A stretch of DNA of 64,000 nt from Bacteroidota bacterium (GCA_947451115.1 CANFXV010000007.1:3171-67170), one strand, 5' to 3'. Numbered from the stretch's first letter, positions 39,491-50,371 are shown. Made by a program: numbers and translations. Notes: generated by a model not told the origin, from the letters alone.

Positions 39491-40027
39491 ATGCAAGCAT
39501 TAACCAATAAATCAATCGCAGTAAACCGCCAGCCCATGACTTTCTGGGAGCGTTTGTATTTGATTAATATCATCAAGGGGATGTTCATTACTTTTAGCCA
39601 TATGTTTAAAAAACAGCCCACGATAAGCTATCCAGAACAAAAAAGAGAATTCAGTCCGGTGTTCAGAGGCTTGCATGTGTTGAATAGAGATGAGGAAGGT
39701 CGCGAGAATTGCACTGCCTGTGGTTTGTGCGCAGTGGCTTGTCCCGCAGAAGCCATTACGATGGAAGCGGCAGAAAGACAGGAGGGAGAAGAACATTTAT
39801 ACAAAGAAGAAAAATATGCTGCAAAATATGAAATCAATATGTTGCGTTGCATTTTCTGTGGGTTGTGTGAAGAAGCTTGCCCAAAGGATGCTATTTATTT
39901 AAGCGAAACTTTTGCGCCAGCCAATTATACACGCAAAGGGTTCATTTACGATAAGAACGATTTATTAATTCCCAATACTTTAACCAATGCAAGTGCATTG
40001 GCAAAAGCAAAAGGAGTAGAAGCATAA
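39491..40027 (+). CDS. nuoI: NADH-quinone oxidoreductase subunit I
   Basis: Two CxxCxxCxxxCP motifs. Confidence 0.95.
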   Translation: MQALTNKSIAVNRQPMTFWERLYLINIIKGMFITFSHMFKKQPTISYPEQKREFSPVFRGLHVLNRDEEGRENCTACGLCAVACPAEAITMEAAERQEGEEHLYKEEKYAAKYEINMLRCIFCGLCEEACPKDAIYLSETFAPANYTRKGFIYDKNDLLIPNTLTNASALAKAKGVEA

Positions 40028-40032
40028 TCATT

Positions 40033-40533
40033 ATGAATTTATTAGAAATTTTATTTTACGTATTGTCTGCTTTTGCTTTGGTAAGTGCCATTATGGTGCT
40101 GGTGAGCAAAAATCCAATTCATAGCGTGCTTTGGTTGATTTTAGTATTTTTTGCTATCTCAGGTCATTATATATTATTGAATGCTCAATTTTTGGCCATC
40201 GTTAATATCATTGTATATGCAGGGGCCATCATGGTTTTGTTCTTGTTTGTGATTATGCTCATCAACATAAAAAAAGACAGCGAACCACAAAAGCATTTGT
40301 ATGTAAAGTTTATCGGAGTGATTGCTGGCGGAAGTTTTTTGACCTTGCTCATTTCTTTGGTGAAACAATCAATGCCCTTGGTGGGAAAAAATGTATTGTT
40401 AAAAGAAGGGTCCATAGGATTGATACATCCATTGGGTAAAGCATTGTTTACAGACTATGTAGTTCCTTTTGAAATTAGTAGTGTACTTTTTTTAAGTGCC
40501 ATGGTGGGTGCCGTATTGATTGGAAAAAAATAA
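40033..40533 (+). CDS. nuoJ: NADH-quinone oxidoreductase subunit J
   Basis: [22 protein letters not shown] and PFE..SVL motifs. Confidence 0.94.
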   Translation: MNLLEILFYVLSAFALVSAIMVLVSKNPIHSVLWLILVFFAISGHYILLNAQFLAIVNIIVYAGAIMVLFLFVIMLINIKKDSEPQKHLYVKFIGVIAGGSFLTLLISLVKQSMPLVGKNVLLKEGSIGLIHPLGKALFTDYVVPFEISSVLFLSAMVGAVLIGKK

Positions 40534-40543
40534 AATTCGAACT

Positions 40544-40879
40544 ATGCCTATACAATATTATATCTATTTCTGCCTTACACTATTTAGTATTGGTGTGGTA
40601 GGCGTATTAACTCGTCGAAATGCGATTATCGTGTTTATGTGTATTGAATTGATGTTGAATGCCGTAAATTTATTATTGGTTGCTTTTTCTAAAATGTATT
40701 ATGGCTTGGCTGCCCAAAACAGCGTCGCCAACACGGCAGGCATAGATGCACAAATATTTGTTTTCTTTATCATGGTCGTTGCCGCCGCTGAAGTGAGTAT
40801 TGGACTGGCCATTATAGTAATGATGTACCGCAATACTCATTCTATAGATATCAATTTCTTAAATAGATTAAAAAACTAA
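40544..40879 (+). CDS. nuoK: NADH-quinone oxidoreductase subunit K
   Basis: [16 protein letters not shown] and VAAAE..IGLA motifs. ATG at 40544. Confidence 0.94.
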   Translation: MPIQYYIYFCLTLFSIGVVGVLTRRNAIIVFMCIELMLNAVNLLLVAFSKMYYGLAAQNSVANTAGIDAQIFVFFIMVVAAAEVSIGLAIIVMMYRNTHSIDINFLNRLKN

Positions 40880-40883
40880 GTCA

Positions 40884-42809
40884 ATGGCCTTCATGAAAAT
40901 ACTAGTTGCCTTCATACTTCTTTGGCCCTTTGTTGGATTTTTATTCAATGGATTGGGTAGAAATTACTGGAGCAAGAAAGTGATTGCCTATAAGGCCACT
41001 GGTTATATTGTCTCTTCCTTTATTGCAAGCATTTTTGCATTTATACAGGTGCAGACGCATGGGGCAGTAACTGTGCATTATTTCGATTTCATCCATACGG
41101 CTACCCTTAAAATACCTTTTGATTTTAAAGTGGATGCCTTGTCTAGTTTATTTTTATTAGTCATTACAGGCGTGGGTTCTTTAATTCATTTGTATTCTAC
41201 AGCTTACATGAAAGACGAAGCTGCACCACATTATGCACGCTATTTTGCTTATTTGAATTTGTTTATTTTTTCTATGTTGATTTTGGTTTTAGGCGATAAT
41301 TATGTGGTGATGTTTATTGGATGGGAAGGCGTGGGTTTATGTTCTTACTTATTAATAGGCTATTGGTTTACCAATGGCAATTATAATTATGCTGCCAAGA
41401 AAGCCTTCATCATGAACCGCATTGGTGACCTAGGATTTTTATTGGCCATTTTTTGGTTAATTGCTAAACTAGGAACGGTGAGCTACAGTGAGGTTTTAAC
41501 TTATGAAAGAATTTCGAATTTATCTTCTTTTGATATTACAGGCATTACTTTATTATTGTTTGTTGGTGCCATGGGTAAGAGCGCGCAAATTCCTTTGTTT
41601 ACTTGGTTGCCTGATGCGATGGCGGGGCCTACACCAGTTTCAGCTTTAATTCACGCAGCTACCATGGTGACTGCAGGTATCTACATGATTACTAGAAGCA
41701 ATATTTTATTTAGTCATAGCGCCATTACACAAAACGTGATTGCGATTATTGGGATTAGTACGGCCTTATTAGCAGCCACCATTGCTATCCAACAAAACGA
41801 TATTAAAAAAGTATTGGCTTATTCCACAGTGAGTCAATTGGGTTATATGTTTTTAGGCTTGGGGGTAGGTGCTTATTCGGGTGCGGTATTCCATGTCATT
41901 ACCCATGCATTTTTTAAAGCATTGTTGTTCTTAGGCGCTGGCTCGGTAATACATGCCATGCATCATGAACAAGATATCCGCAAAATGGGTGGATTAAAAT
42001 CAAAACTTCCTATTACACATATTACTTTTTTAATTGGATGTATTGCTATTGCAGGGTTACCTCCATTTAGTGGTTTCTTTTCTAAGGATGAAATATTGGC
42101 AGCTGCCTTTGCAAAAAGTCCTATTTATTGGGTATTGGGTGTGATTGGTGCCGCCATGACTGCATTTTATATGTTCAGATTGTATGCCACAACATTCTTA
42201 GGAAAATTTAGAGGAACAAACGATCAAGCGAATCATTTACATGAATCTCCTGCTGCCATGACTTTGCCATTGGTTTTATTGGCCATCGCAAGTGCTATTG
42301 CAGGGGCCATCGGCATTCCTGAATTGATGGGTGGCCATCATTGGTTGTCTCATCAACTTATGCCCATTGTAGGCGAACCAGTAGAATTAGGCTTAACTCA
42401 TTCCATGGAGTTGATTTTAATGGTGGTATCTGTGGCGATTGCTTTGATTGCATTAATGATTGCGCTATCCATCTATACAAAGAAAACCGACGAGGAGCCT
42501 AAAACCGCTATTGGTAAATTTTTCTACAACAAATGGTATGTGGATGAATTTTACAATGAAGCCATTGTATTTCCTTTGAACCGATTCGCTGGTTTTTTAA
42601 AAAATGTAATCGAAAAGCAAGTGATTGATGGCGCGGTGAATGGCACAGGAAAATTAGTTCAATACAGTGCAAGAAAAGTAAGATTGATACAAAATGGACA
42701 AGTGGGTTATTATATTTTATTTATGGTCATTGGAATCATTTTACTTTTTGCTTTTTGGTTTAATGATTTAAACATTTTGAGATTTATTAATAAATTGAAT
42801 CAACATTAA
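40884..42809 (+). CDS. nuoL: NADH-quinone oxidoreductase subunit L
   Basis: GWEGVGLCSYLLI and GKSAQ.PL.TWLPDAMAGPTPVSALIHAATMV motifs. Confidence 0.96.
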   Translation: MAFMKILVAFILLWPFVGFLFNGLGRNYWSKKVIAYKATGYIVSSFIASIFAFIQVQTHGAVTVHYFDFIHTATLKIPFDFKVDALSSLFLLVITGVGSLIHLYSTAYMKDEAAPHYARYFAYLNLFIFSMLILVLGDNYVVMFIGWEGVGLCSYLLIGYWFTNGNYNYAAKKAFIMNRIGDLGFLLAIFWLIAKLGTVSYSEVLTYERISNLSSFDITGITLLLFVGAMGKSAQIPLFTWLPDAMAGPTPVSALIHAATMVTAGIYMITRSNILFSHSAITQNVIAIIGISTALLAATIAIQQNDIKKVLAYSTVSQLGYMFLGLGVGAYSGAVFHVITHAFFKALLFLGAGSVIHAMHHEQDIRKMGGLKSKLPITHITFLIGCIAIAGLPPFSGFFSKDEILAAAFAKSPIYWVLGVIGAAMTAFYMFRLYATTFLGKFRGTNDQANHLHESPAAMTLPLVLLAIASAIAGAIGIPELMGGHHWLSHQLMPIVGEPVELGLTHSMELILMVVSVAIALIALMIALSIYTKKTDEEPKTAIGKFFYNKWYVDEFYNEAIVFPLNRFAGFLKNVIEKQVIDGAVNGTGKLVQYSARKVRLIQNGQVGYYILFMVIGIILLFAFWFNDLNILRFINKLNQH

Positions 42810-42819
42810 TCAAGCAAAT

Positions 42820-44241
42820 ATGATCTTAGTTTCATTATTGTTTTTACCTATTTTGGCTGCCATTCTGGTCTTGTTTATCAAGAACAAGAAGCTAGCCAAT
42901 TGGACTGCAATTTTATTTAGTGCATTGACTTTATTGCTTGTATTGCAAACATTAGGCACCCCCATTGCAGATTTTGATCTGGCTTGGTTGCCTAATTTAA
43001 ATAGCAGGTTCGTTTTACATGCCGATGGATTGTCTAAGCTATTACTACTCTTGACTGCCATTAGTTTTCCTGCCATTCTTATCTCCACCGCTAAAAATGA
43101 ATACAAACAGAATAATGTTTTTTTGTCCTTACTGTTATTTACCCAAGCAGGATTGATAGGGGTGTTTTTAGCGGCAGACGCTTTACTGTTTTATTTTTTC
43201 TGGGAATTGGCCTTGATTCCAGTTTATTTTTTATGTTCTATTTGGGGCGGCGAAAAAAGAGTGGCTATAACTTTTAAATTTTTCATTTATACTTTTTTAG
43301 GTTCATTATTCATGTTGGCAGGAATATTATTTGTCAACGCACATACCACCGATCATAGTTTTGCCATTCAATCTTTTATACAAGCAAGTTTAACCCAAGG
43401 ACAACAAATCACTTCCTTTGCTTTATTTTTTATAGCGTTTGCCATCAAGATGCCCATTTTTCCATTGCATACCTGGCAGCCAGATGCCTATGAGCAATCT
43501 CCTACAGCGGTGACCATGGTCATGAGTGCAGTGATGGTGAAGATGGGCTTGTATGGAATTTTGAGGTGGTTGATGCCTTTGTTTCCTTTTGCTTTTATGG
43601 CACATACTCATTTTGTGGTGGCCTTATCTGTGATTGGTGTTTTGTACGCCTCTTTTATCGCCATTCGTCAGGATGATATAAAAAGATTAATTGCTTATTC
43701 TTCTATTGCACATATCGGCTTAATGAATGCGGCTTTATTTACACATACCCAAGTGGCAGTGCAAGGAGTTTTGATACAATTGTTTTCACATGGCATCAAT
43801 GTGGTTGGCTTATGGATTGTAGCAGACATTATAGAACAACAAACAGGCACAAGGTCTATGCAACAAATGGGCGGGTTGGCGAAGAAGCAACCTACTTTAG
43901 CCATTTTACTAGTGGGTTTTGCCTTAGCCAATATTGCCTTGCCATTGACCAATTCTTTTGTTGGTGAATTTTTAATGTTCAACGGACTTTTCTTATTTAA
44001 TCCATGGATGGCCGCTTTAGCAGGCTTGAGTATTGTGCTAGCTGCTATTTATACTTTAAATATGGTGCAAAAAGTGGCTTATGGTGAAATAAGTGAAAAA
44101 ATAAATACCATGCAAACGCCCAACAAAGGAGCGCAAGCGGTATTGATTGTTTTACTGTTGCTGGTATTTGTAACAGGGGTGTACGCTCAACCTTTATTTA
44201 CTTTAACAGCAGATACTTTAAATCAATTGTTTGTAAAATAA
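42820..44241 (+). CDS. nuoM: NADH-quinone oxidoreductase subunit M
   Basis: FY.FWE..LIP, FAIKMP.FPLHTW and KRLIAYSSIAH motifs. Confidence 0.95.
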   Translation: MILVSLLFLPILAAILVLFIKNKKLANWTAILFSALTLLLVLQTLGTPIADFDLAWLPNLNSRFVLHADGLSKLLLLLTAISFPAILISTAKNEYKQNNVFLSLLLFTQAGLIGVFLAADALLFYFFWELALIPVYFLCSIWGGEKRVAITFKFFIYTFLGSLFMLAGILFVNAHTTDHSFAIQSFIQASLTQGQQITSFALFFIAFAIKMPIFPLHTWQPDAYEQSPTAVTMVMSAVMVKMGLYGILRWLMPLFPFAFMAHTHFVVALSVIGVLYASFIAIRQDDIKRLIAYSSIAHIGLMNAALFTHTQVAVQGVLIQLFSHGINVVGLWIVADIIEQQTGTRSMQQMGGLAKKQPTLAILLVGFALANIALPLTNSFVGEFLMFNGLFLFNPWMAALAGLSIVLAAIYTLNMVQKVAYGEISEKINTMQTPNKGAQAVLIVLLLLVFVTGVYAQPLFTLTADTLNQLFVK

Positions 44242-44256
44242 TTAAATGAATTAGTA

Positions 44257-45642
44257 ATGAATGCAATTGTAGTTTCTACTTTACTCGGGGTGATGATGAT
44301 GTTTTGTTCTTGGGGCATTCAAAGTCAAAAAGCACAAAAAAACATTGCTTTATTTGGATTGATTATTTTAATCATGGCCAATTTAGCACAAGCCAACGGT
44401 TGGTATACATTTAATTATGATACAAAAGGTATGTTGGCATTTAATGTGTTCGGTTTGTATGCCAATACTTTAATGTTTGCCCTTACATTTATATATGTTT
44501 GGATCAATGGGGAAGAAATTTCAAAATTAAGCAATGCTGCTGCCGATTTTTACAGTTTGATTTTTTTCATTTTATGCGGCGTAAGCGTCCTCACTTCTTT
44601 TGACAACTTATTGATGTTGTTTATTGGCATAGAAATTTTATCTATCCCTTTGTATATCTTAACAGGAGCCGATAAAAAAAATATGCTGAGCAATGAAGCT
44701 GCTTTGAAATATTTTTTAATGGGTTCTTTTTCTACCGGTATATTATTGTTGGGCATTACTTTGATTTATGGCGGGTCTGGGAGTTTTCATTTGGCCCCGC
44801 CACTAATTCATATAAGTACCGGAATGGTGGAAGAGCAATTGCTTGTCTCTGCAGGTTTGATTTTAATTTTTGCAGCCATGAATTTTAAAGTGTCTGCAGC
44901 GCCCTTTCATTTCTGGACTCCAGATGTATATGATGGAGCCCCTACGGTCTTTACTTCCTTTATGGCCACCATCGCTAAAGCAGCTGGCTTTATTGCTTTT
45001 GTAAAAGTATTCAATACCCAATACTTAGCCTTGGGTTATTCTTGGACCATTCTTTTAACTTTTGTTATTATAGCTACACTTTTGGTGGGTAATATTATTG
45101 CTGTTTTCCAAAGAAGCGTAAAACGTATGTTGGCTTATTCAAGTATTGCGCAAGCCGGATTTATGTTGTTTGCTTTGTATGGCAAATCAGAAATTTCTAA
45201 TGAGTCTATATTATTGTATGCGGTAGTTTATTCCATCGCCACCATTGGTATTTTCGGCGTCTTGGTAAAGATGAAAGAAAATAGTTTTGAAGCATTTAAT
45301 GGTTTGGCTAAAGCAGATCCTTTGTTGGCCTTTACCACTACCATTTTCTTATTTTCATTGGCTGGTATCCCGCTTACGGGTGGTTTTTTCGCAAAATATT
45401 ATATGCTAAGCAATTTATTAAAAGCAGGTGCTGGTCTTTGGTTGATCCTTGTAGCAGTTGTTTTTGCAGCCATCAGTATTTATTATTACTTTAAAATTAT
45501 ACAAGCCATGTATTTTACAGCAGGGGAGCCAGCCATTGGCCCCATGCCCAAAAACTACCAATATCAACTTCTGGTATTGGCCATTGTGCTGCTCGTCCTA
45601 GGGGTTTTACCTAATTTACTGCTCAATTATCTCTACTTCTAG
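44257..45642 (+). CDS. nuoN: NADH-quinone oxidoreductase subunit N
   Basis: EAALKYF.MG, FK.SAAPFHFWTPDVYDGAP and KRMLAYSSI motifs. Confidence 0.95.
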   Translation: MNAIVVSTLLGVMMMFCSWGIQSQKAQKNIALFGLIILIMANLAQANGWYTFNYDTKGMLAFNVFGLYANTLMFALTFIYVWINGEEISKLSNAAADFYSLIFFILCGVSVLTSFDNLLMLFIGIEILSIPLYILTGADKKNMLSNEAALKYFLMGSFSTGILLLGITLIYGGSGSFHLAPPLIHISTGMVEEQLLVSAGLILIFAAMNFKVSAAPFHFWTPDVYDGAPTVFTSFMATIAKAAGFIAFVKVFNTQYLALGYSWTILLTFVIIATLLVGNIIAVFQRSVKRMLAYSSIAQAGFMLFALYGKSEISNESILLYAVVYSIATIGIFGVLVKMKENSFEAFNGLAKADPLLAFTTTIFLFSLAGIPLTGGFFAKYYMLSNLLKAGAGLWLILVAVVFAAISIYYYFKIIQAMYFTAGEPAIGPMPKNYQYQLLVLAIVLLVLGVLPNLLLNYLYF

Positions 45643-45720
45643 CCGTTCTTCATTTACTCGTTACAAAGGGAGGGGCATTGTGGAATCTATCTTACCTTTA
45701 AGTTTCATAAACCAAGTATA

Positions 45721-47004
45721 ATGACCATTCAGGATTCTTTTGTGTTGGCATGGCGCACCGTTAGGGGCAATAAATTACGTACTGGAATTACTGTAGCCAT
45801 TATTGCATTTGGTATCATGGCCTTAATTGGCATTATCACAGCAATATCCGCCATGAATCAAAGTTTGAAAGAAAACTTTTCATTCATGGGTGCCAATGCC
45901 TTTAGTGTTCGATACAAAGAGATGAATGCTAGAATGAATATGGGTGGCCCTAACGATGGGGATGAATTTGGTAAATCTAAAAAAGGGCAAAGAGAAAAAA
46001 AATCAAACCTAGATAAAATCATTAAAATAGAAGAGGCAACTTATTTTAAAGAACATTTTGGTTTTAATCGTGCTGCTGTAAGTATTTCAATAAGAAAAGG
46101 GGGGAATAATGAATTGCATTTCAAAAATAGAAAAACCAATCCGCAAATTTCTTTGATGGGTGGTGATGAAAACTATCTAGCAGTGAATGGGTATGCTTTA
46201 ACGCTAGGGCGCAATTTTAATAATGTAGATTTAAGTAGTGGTCGTAATGTTTGTATTATAGGCTCAAATGTGGCTGCTAAATTATTTCCAGGTAAACCAG
46301 AAAAATGCATTGACAAAGTAATATTATTACAAGGCAAGCCTTATCGTGTGCTTGGTTTATTAAAATCAAAGGGCTCCAGTGCGATGATGCGTCAAGATGA
46401 TATTGTTATTTCTACTTTAAAAAATGTAAGACAGTATCAAGGAAGTTCTTCTTATGCACTAGGGGTGATGGTGAACAATGTAAAAGAATTGGCGCCAGCT
46501 ATTGACGAGGCCACCGAGCAAATGAGAAAAGCCAGAAGATTAATCCCTTCTGAGACCGATAATTTTGTCGTGGACAAAAGCGACAAATTTGCAGACTTGT
46601 TTATCGGGCTTTTATCTGGCATTAGTGGTGCAGCAGGCGCTATTGGAATGATTACCTTAATTGGGGCAGCCATTGGTCTTATGAATATCATGCTCGTGGC
46701 CGTAAGCGAAAGGACCAGGGAAGTGGGCTTGATCAAAGCCATTGGGGGTAAAAGAAGAGATGTACGCCGTCAGTTTTTATTTGAGAGCATTTTAATTAGT
46801 ATTTTAGGAGCAGTATTTGGTATTATTTTAGGGGTCTTAGTGGGCAATATATTTAGCCTGGTCTTAAATACTGGATTTGTAGTACCCTGGATTTGGGTGG
46901 TAATAGGTATCGTCATTTGCTCGGTGGTGGGTTTGGCCGCAGGTATTTACCCAGCCATGAAAGCCTCCGCCTTGAACCCCATTGACGCCCTCAGGTACGA
47001 ATAA
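45721..47004 (+). CDS. MacB/FtsX-like ABC transporter permease
   Basis: NKLRT.IT, periplasmic domain, IGLMNIMLV.V.ERTREVG and PA.KA..LNPIDALRYE motifs. No adjacent ATPase gene. Confidence 0.85.
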   Translation: MTIQDSFVLAWRTVRGNKLRTGITVAIIAFGIMALIGIITAISAMNQSLKENFSFMGANAFSVRYKEMNARMNMGGPNDGDEFGKSKKGQREKKSNLDKIIKIEEATYFKEHFGFNRAAVSISIRKGGNNELHFKNRKTNPQISLMGGDENYLAVNGYALTLGRNFNNVDLSSGRNVCIIGSNVAAKLFPGKPEKCIDKVILLQGKPYRVLGLLKSKGSSAMMRQDDIVISTLKNVRQYQGSSSYALGVMVNNVKELAPAIDEATEQMRKARRLIPSETDNFVVDKSDKFADLFIGLLSGISGAAGAIGMITLIGAAIGLMNIMLVAVSERTREVGLIKAIGGKRRDVRRQFLFESILISILGAVFGIILGVLVGNIFSLVLNTGFVVPWIWVVIGIVICSVVGLAAGIYPAMKASALNPIDALRYE

Positions 47005-47363
47005 TAGCCATCAATGGCATTGTTTATCCATTTTTTCTCTTTTTTACACCGACTTTTAGATTTTCTAGGTCCTTTCTTCTAGAAATTGAAGTAAAATCCA
47101 ATTTTTTGCCTGTATTTTTTTCAAATTAAGATGATTGATTTTTTTAATACTTGGCCCCCAGCATTTTTAGGGTCCGCCAACAAGGGTTAGTTTTAAAATT
47201 ATTTTTAAATAAAATTATTGTTTGGAATTTGTTTCAACCAATAAATTACTTATTTTGTAAGCCCTTAGTAATTAAACCGTACCGATTTGAAAGAATCTTA
47301 CTTATTAGTTAACAAGGACATTTTCTAAAAAAATTTTTATTTAAACCAAAAATCAATTGAATC

Positions 47364-48224
47364 ATGGCTGAGATTAAATCAACTGCAACAGCTGCTGCTT
47401 CAAAGAATGCAGCACAGCCTCAAAAGAGTGGGAATCTTGTTGCAACTTTAGCACCTATCTTATGTATTTTAGCAGGTTACGTCATCTGGCGTTTTGTGCT
47501 AGGAAACGGAAGTAATTTCACTAACCCAGACCCGAATGGTGGATTCTGGCCTAGTCATAAAGGACCAAAAGGTACTTTTACAAAAATGTACGAAGGCGGT
47601 ATCGTTGTGCCAGTTTTAATTGGAAGTTTATTAATCGTTTTAACTTTCGTTATTGAAAGATTATTAACAATTAAGAAAGCTGCAGGAAACGGAAACATTG
47701 CTGAATTCATTCGCAAAGTACAATTCCAATTAGCTAATAAAGAAGTTGACAAAGCAATCGCTGAGTGTGACAAACAAAAAGGATCTGTAGGTAATGTAAT
47801 GAAATCAGGTTTGACTAAGTACAAAGAAATGATTTCAAATACAGAATTGGATACAGACCAAAAAGTTTTGAATATTCAAAAAGAAATCGAAGAAGCTACT
47901 GCATTGGAATTACCAATGTTAGAGAAAAACTTAGTATTCTTATCTACCATCGCATCAGTAGCCACCTTGTTAGGTTTGTTCGGTACGGTATTGGGTATGA
48001 TTCGTTCTTTCTCTAAATTAGGTGAAGAAGGTGGTGGAGAAGCTGCTCGTGAATTATCTCAAGGTATCTCTGAGGCCTTGTATAATACTGCATTGGGTAT
48101 TGGTACTTCAGCTATCGCGATCATAATGTACAACGTATTCACTACAAGAATCGATGGCATCACTTATGGTATTGATGAGTCTGGATTTACATTAACTCAA
48201 AGCTTCGCAGCCAACTACAAATAG
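47364..48224 (+). CDS. exbB: MotA/TolQ/ExbB proton channel protein
   Basis: ATLLGLFGTVLGMI.SF and GISEAL.NTA.G motifs. Confidence 0.88.
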   Translation: MAEIKSTATAAASKNAAQPQKSGNLVATLAPILCILAGYVIWRFVLGNGSNFTNPDPNGGFWPSHKGPKGTFTKMYEGGIVVPVLIGSLLIVLTFVIERLLTIKKAAGNGNIAEFIRKVQFQLANKEVDKAIAECDKQKGSVGNVMKSGLTKYKEMISNTELDTDQKVLNIQKEIEEATALELPMLEKNLVFLSTIASVATLLGLFGTVLGMIRSFSKLGEEGGGEAARELSQGISEALYNTALGIGTSAIAIIMYNVFTTRIDGITYGIDESGFTLTQSFAANYK

Positions 48225-48288
48225 TAGTTAAAGCAAAAAATATTTTAATAAGGGCAACCTTATAAATAATAATTAAAAGAATATACAA

Positions 48289-48936
48289 ATGGGTAGAGCC
48301 AAATTACCTCGTAAGAGTACCACCATCGACATGACTGCCATGTGCGATGTGGCCTTCCTTTTATTGTCTTTCTTTATCTTGACAACTAAGTTCAAACCTT
48401 CCGAAGCCATAGCAGTTACTACACCAAGTTCAGTATCTTCTAAAGTGGCTCCTAACAAAGATTTTGTCTTAATTACCATTGATAAAGATGGCAAAGTATT
48501 TCTTACCATTGATGACAAACAAAAAAGAGAAACTATTGCGAACTCTTTGAATGCCACTAAAAATTTAGGAATTGATGTTCCTGCTTTTAAAAGTGCGAAT
48601 TTTATAGGAGCGCCGTTAAGTGGTTTGAAATCTTTTTTAGCCATCTCTGAAGAAAACAGAAAAGGGAACTTGCTTCCTGGTATTCCATGCAAGGACAGTA
48701 CAGACAATGAATTAATCGTTTGGATGCAAGTGGTGAATGAAGCTTATGCCGGTGCCAAATTGGACCTTTTATTAAAAGGAGACAATTTAGCTAAGTATCC
48801 AGCTTTCAAAAATGTACTTGTAGCATTTAAGAAAAACAATATTCAAAGATTTCAAATGATTACCAATCCAGAAAATGCTCCGGCAGGTTCAGAATTGTAT
48901 AAGAAATCTATGAGTGGCGAAAAACAGGAAAACTAA
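48289..48936 (+). CDS. exbD: ExbD/TolR family protein
   Basis: DMTAMCDVAFLLLSFFILTT TM segment with the conserved Asp. Confidence 0.86.
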   Translation: MGRAKLPRKSTTIDMTAMCDVAFLLLSFFILTTKFKPSEAIAVTTPSSVSSKVAPNKDFVLITIDKDGKVFLTIDDKQKRETIANSLNATKNLGIDVPAFKSANFIGAPLSGLKSFLAISEENRKGNLLPGIPCKDSTDNELIVWMQVVNEAYAGAKLDLLLKGDNLAKYPAFKNVLVAFKKNNIQRFQMITNPENAPAGSELYKKSMSGEKQEN

Positions 48937-48964
48937 ATTATAAACTAATTAAAAGCTATTTACT

Positions 48965-49546
48965 ATGGCAGAATTAGATACCTCGGGTGGTGGCCATAAG
49001 AAAGGACCAGGGGTCAAAAAAGGAAAAAAGCTATCAACGCGCGTCGATTTGACGCCGATGGTGGATTTAGGTTTTCTTTTGATTACCTTCTTCATCTTCA
49101 CTACTACGATGAGTCAACCTACAGCAATGAAGTTGATTTTGCCTGATGATAAAGTAAAACCTGAAGAGCAAAATAAAGCAAAGGAATCAGGTGCTTTAAC
49201 CATCTTAATGGGTGCGGACAACCATATATATTATTACGAAGGACAATTGAAACCTGATGCTTCTAATTTTTTATCTGCTTCTTACAATGGAGAAAATTCC
49301 ATTCGTGATGTGATCTTAAAAAAGAAGGAGTATGTAAGAAGTGTCGCACAAGATCCAACAAATCCAGAAAAGGATTTAGTCATTGTGATCAAGCCAAGTT
49401 CAACTTGTACTTACAAAAACGTGATTGATATATTAGACGAAATGTCAATTAACGTTGTAAAAAAATATGCACTAGTAGATATTTTTGACATTGAAGAACA
49501 ATTGGTTAAAAAATCCGATGAGGCCGCAAAATCTTCTAGCAATTAA
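48965..49546 (+). CDS. exbD: Second ExbD/TolR family protein
   Basis: DLTPMVDLGFLLITFFIFTT and IDILDEM motifs. Confidence 0.86.
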   Translation: MAELDTSGGGHKKGPGVKKGKKLSTRVDLTPMVDLGFLLITFFIFTTTMSQPTAMKLILPDDKVKPEEQNKAKESGALTILMGADNHIYYYEGQLKPDASNFLSASYNGENSIRDVILKKKEYVRSVAQDPTNPEKDLVIVIKPSSTCTYKNVIDILDEMSINVVKKYALVDIFDIEEQLVKKSDEAAKSSSN

Positions 49547-49558
49547 AAGCATTAAAAA

Positions 49559-50371
49559 ATGGACATAAACAAAATATTAAACGCCGATATTCTAGACCTC
49601 ATCTTTGAGGGAAGGTTTAAGGAATATGGTGCTTATGACTTAAGAAAAACCTACAATGATCGCCTTAAAAAGGCTTTAATTGGTATGGTCACTGTAACCG
49701 TTCTTTTGGCTGCTGCTGCAATTTGGTCTAATAGCGCTAAGAAATCTAAAACTGAAATAGTGGTAACGGATGTTTCTTTGACAGACGTAACTCAAGAAAA
49801 GAAACCACCTCCACCTCCTCCACCGCCACCAAAAGTGGAACCACCAAAAGTGGAAATGGCCAAGTTTACACCTCCAAAAATCGTTAAAGATGAGGAAGTG
49901 AAAAAAGAGGATGAAGTGAAAGAAGTTGAAAAGCTAGAAGACGTAAAAATTGGCTCAACCGATCAGAAAGGTATTAAAGATGATGGATTGGTTGCCCCAG
50001 TGGAGTCTGGACCAGTAGCTCCTCCAGCAGATGAAGAAACAGACAAAATTTTTACTGTAGTACAAATTCAAGCGGAGTTCCCAGGTGGACAGCAAGGCTG
50101 GATTCGTTACTTAGAAAGAACTTTGAATAGAGATTTACCTGTTGAAAATGGTGCGCCTCCAGGTAAATATTCTGTAGTGGTTTCATTCGTCGTTTCAAGA
50201 GATGGTTCTATCAGTGATGTAAAAGCGGAGAACGATCCTGGATACGGTACCAAAGACGAAGCGGTTCGTGTAATTACAAGAGGTCCAAAATGGAAGCCCG
50301 CAGTTCAAAATGGACGTAATGTAATTTATCGTCACCGTCAAGCCATTGTATTCGTAGTTTCTGAAGATTAG
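49559..50371 (+). CDS. tonB: Energy transducer TonB
   Basis: D.IFE.R.K.YGAY.LR N-terminus, TM anchor, poly-Pro linker and a TonB_C domain (FPGG, FVV..DG, WKPA.QNG). Confidence 0.88.
   Translation: MDINKILNADILDLIFEGRFKEYGAYDLRKTYNDRLKKALIGMVTVTVLLAAAAIWSNSAKKSKTEIVVTDVSLTDVTQEKKPPPPPPPPPKVEPPKVEMAKFTPPKIVKDEEVKKEDEVKEVEKLEDVKIGSTDQKGIKDDGLVAPVESGPVAPPADEETDKIFTVVQIQAEFPGGQQGWIRYLERTLNRDLPVENGAPPGKYSVVVSFVVSRDGSISDVKAENDPGYGTKDEAVRVITRGPKWKPAVQNGRNVIYRHRQAIVFVVSED

Noticed and set aside
47005-47363. Long spacer before exbB as a possible riboswitch or sRNA
   Set aside because: AT-rich with no convincing stems or conserved riboswitch motif visible by eye.
49826-49855. Exact 15-bp tandem repeat CCACCAAAAGTGGAA x2
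   Set aside because: In-frame PPKVE duplication within the TonB proline-rich linker, which is ordinary.
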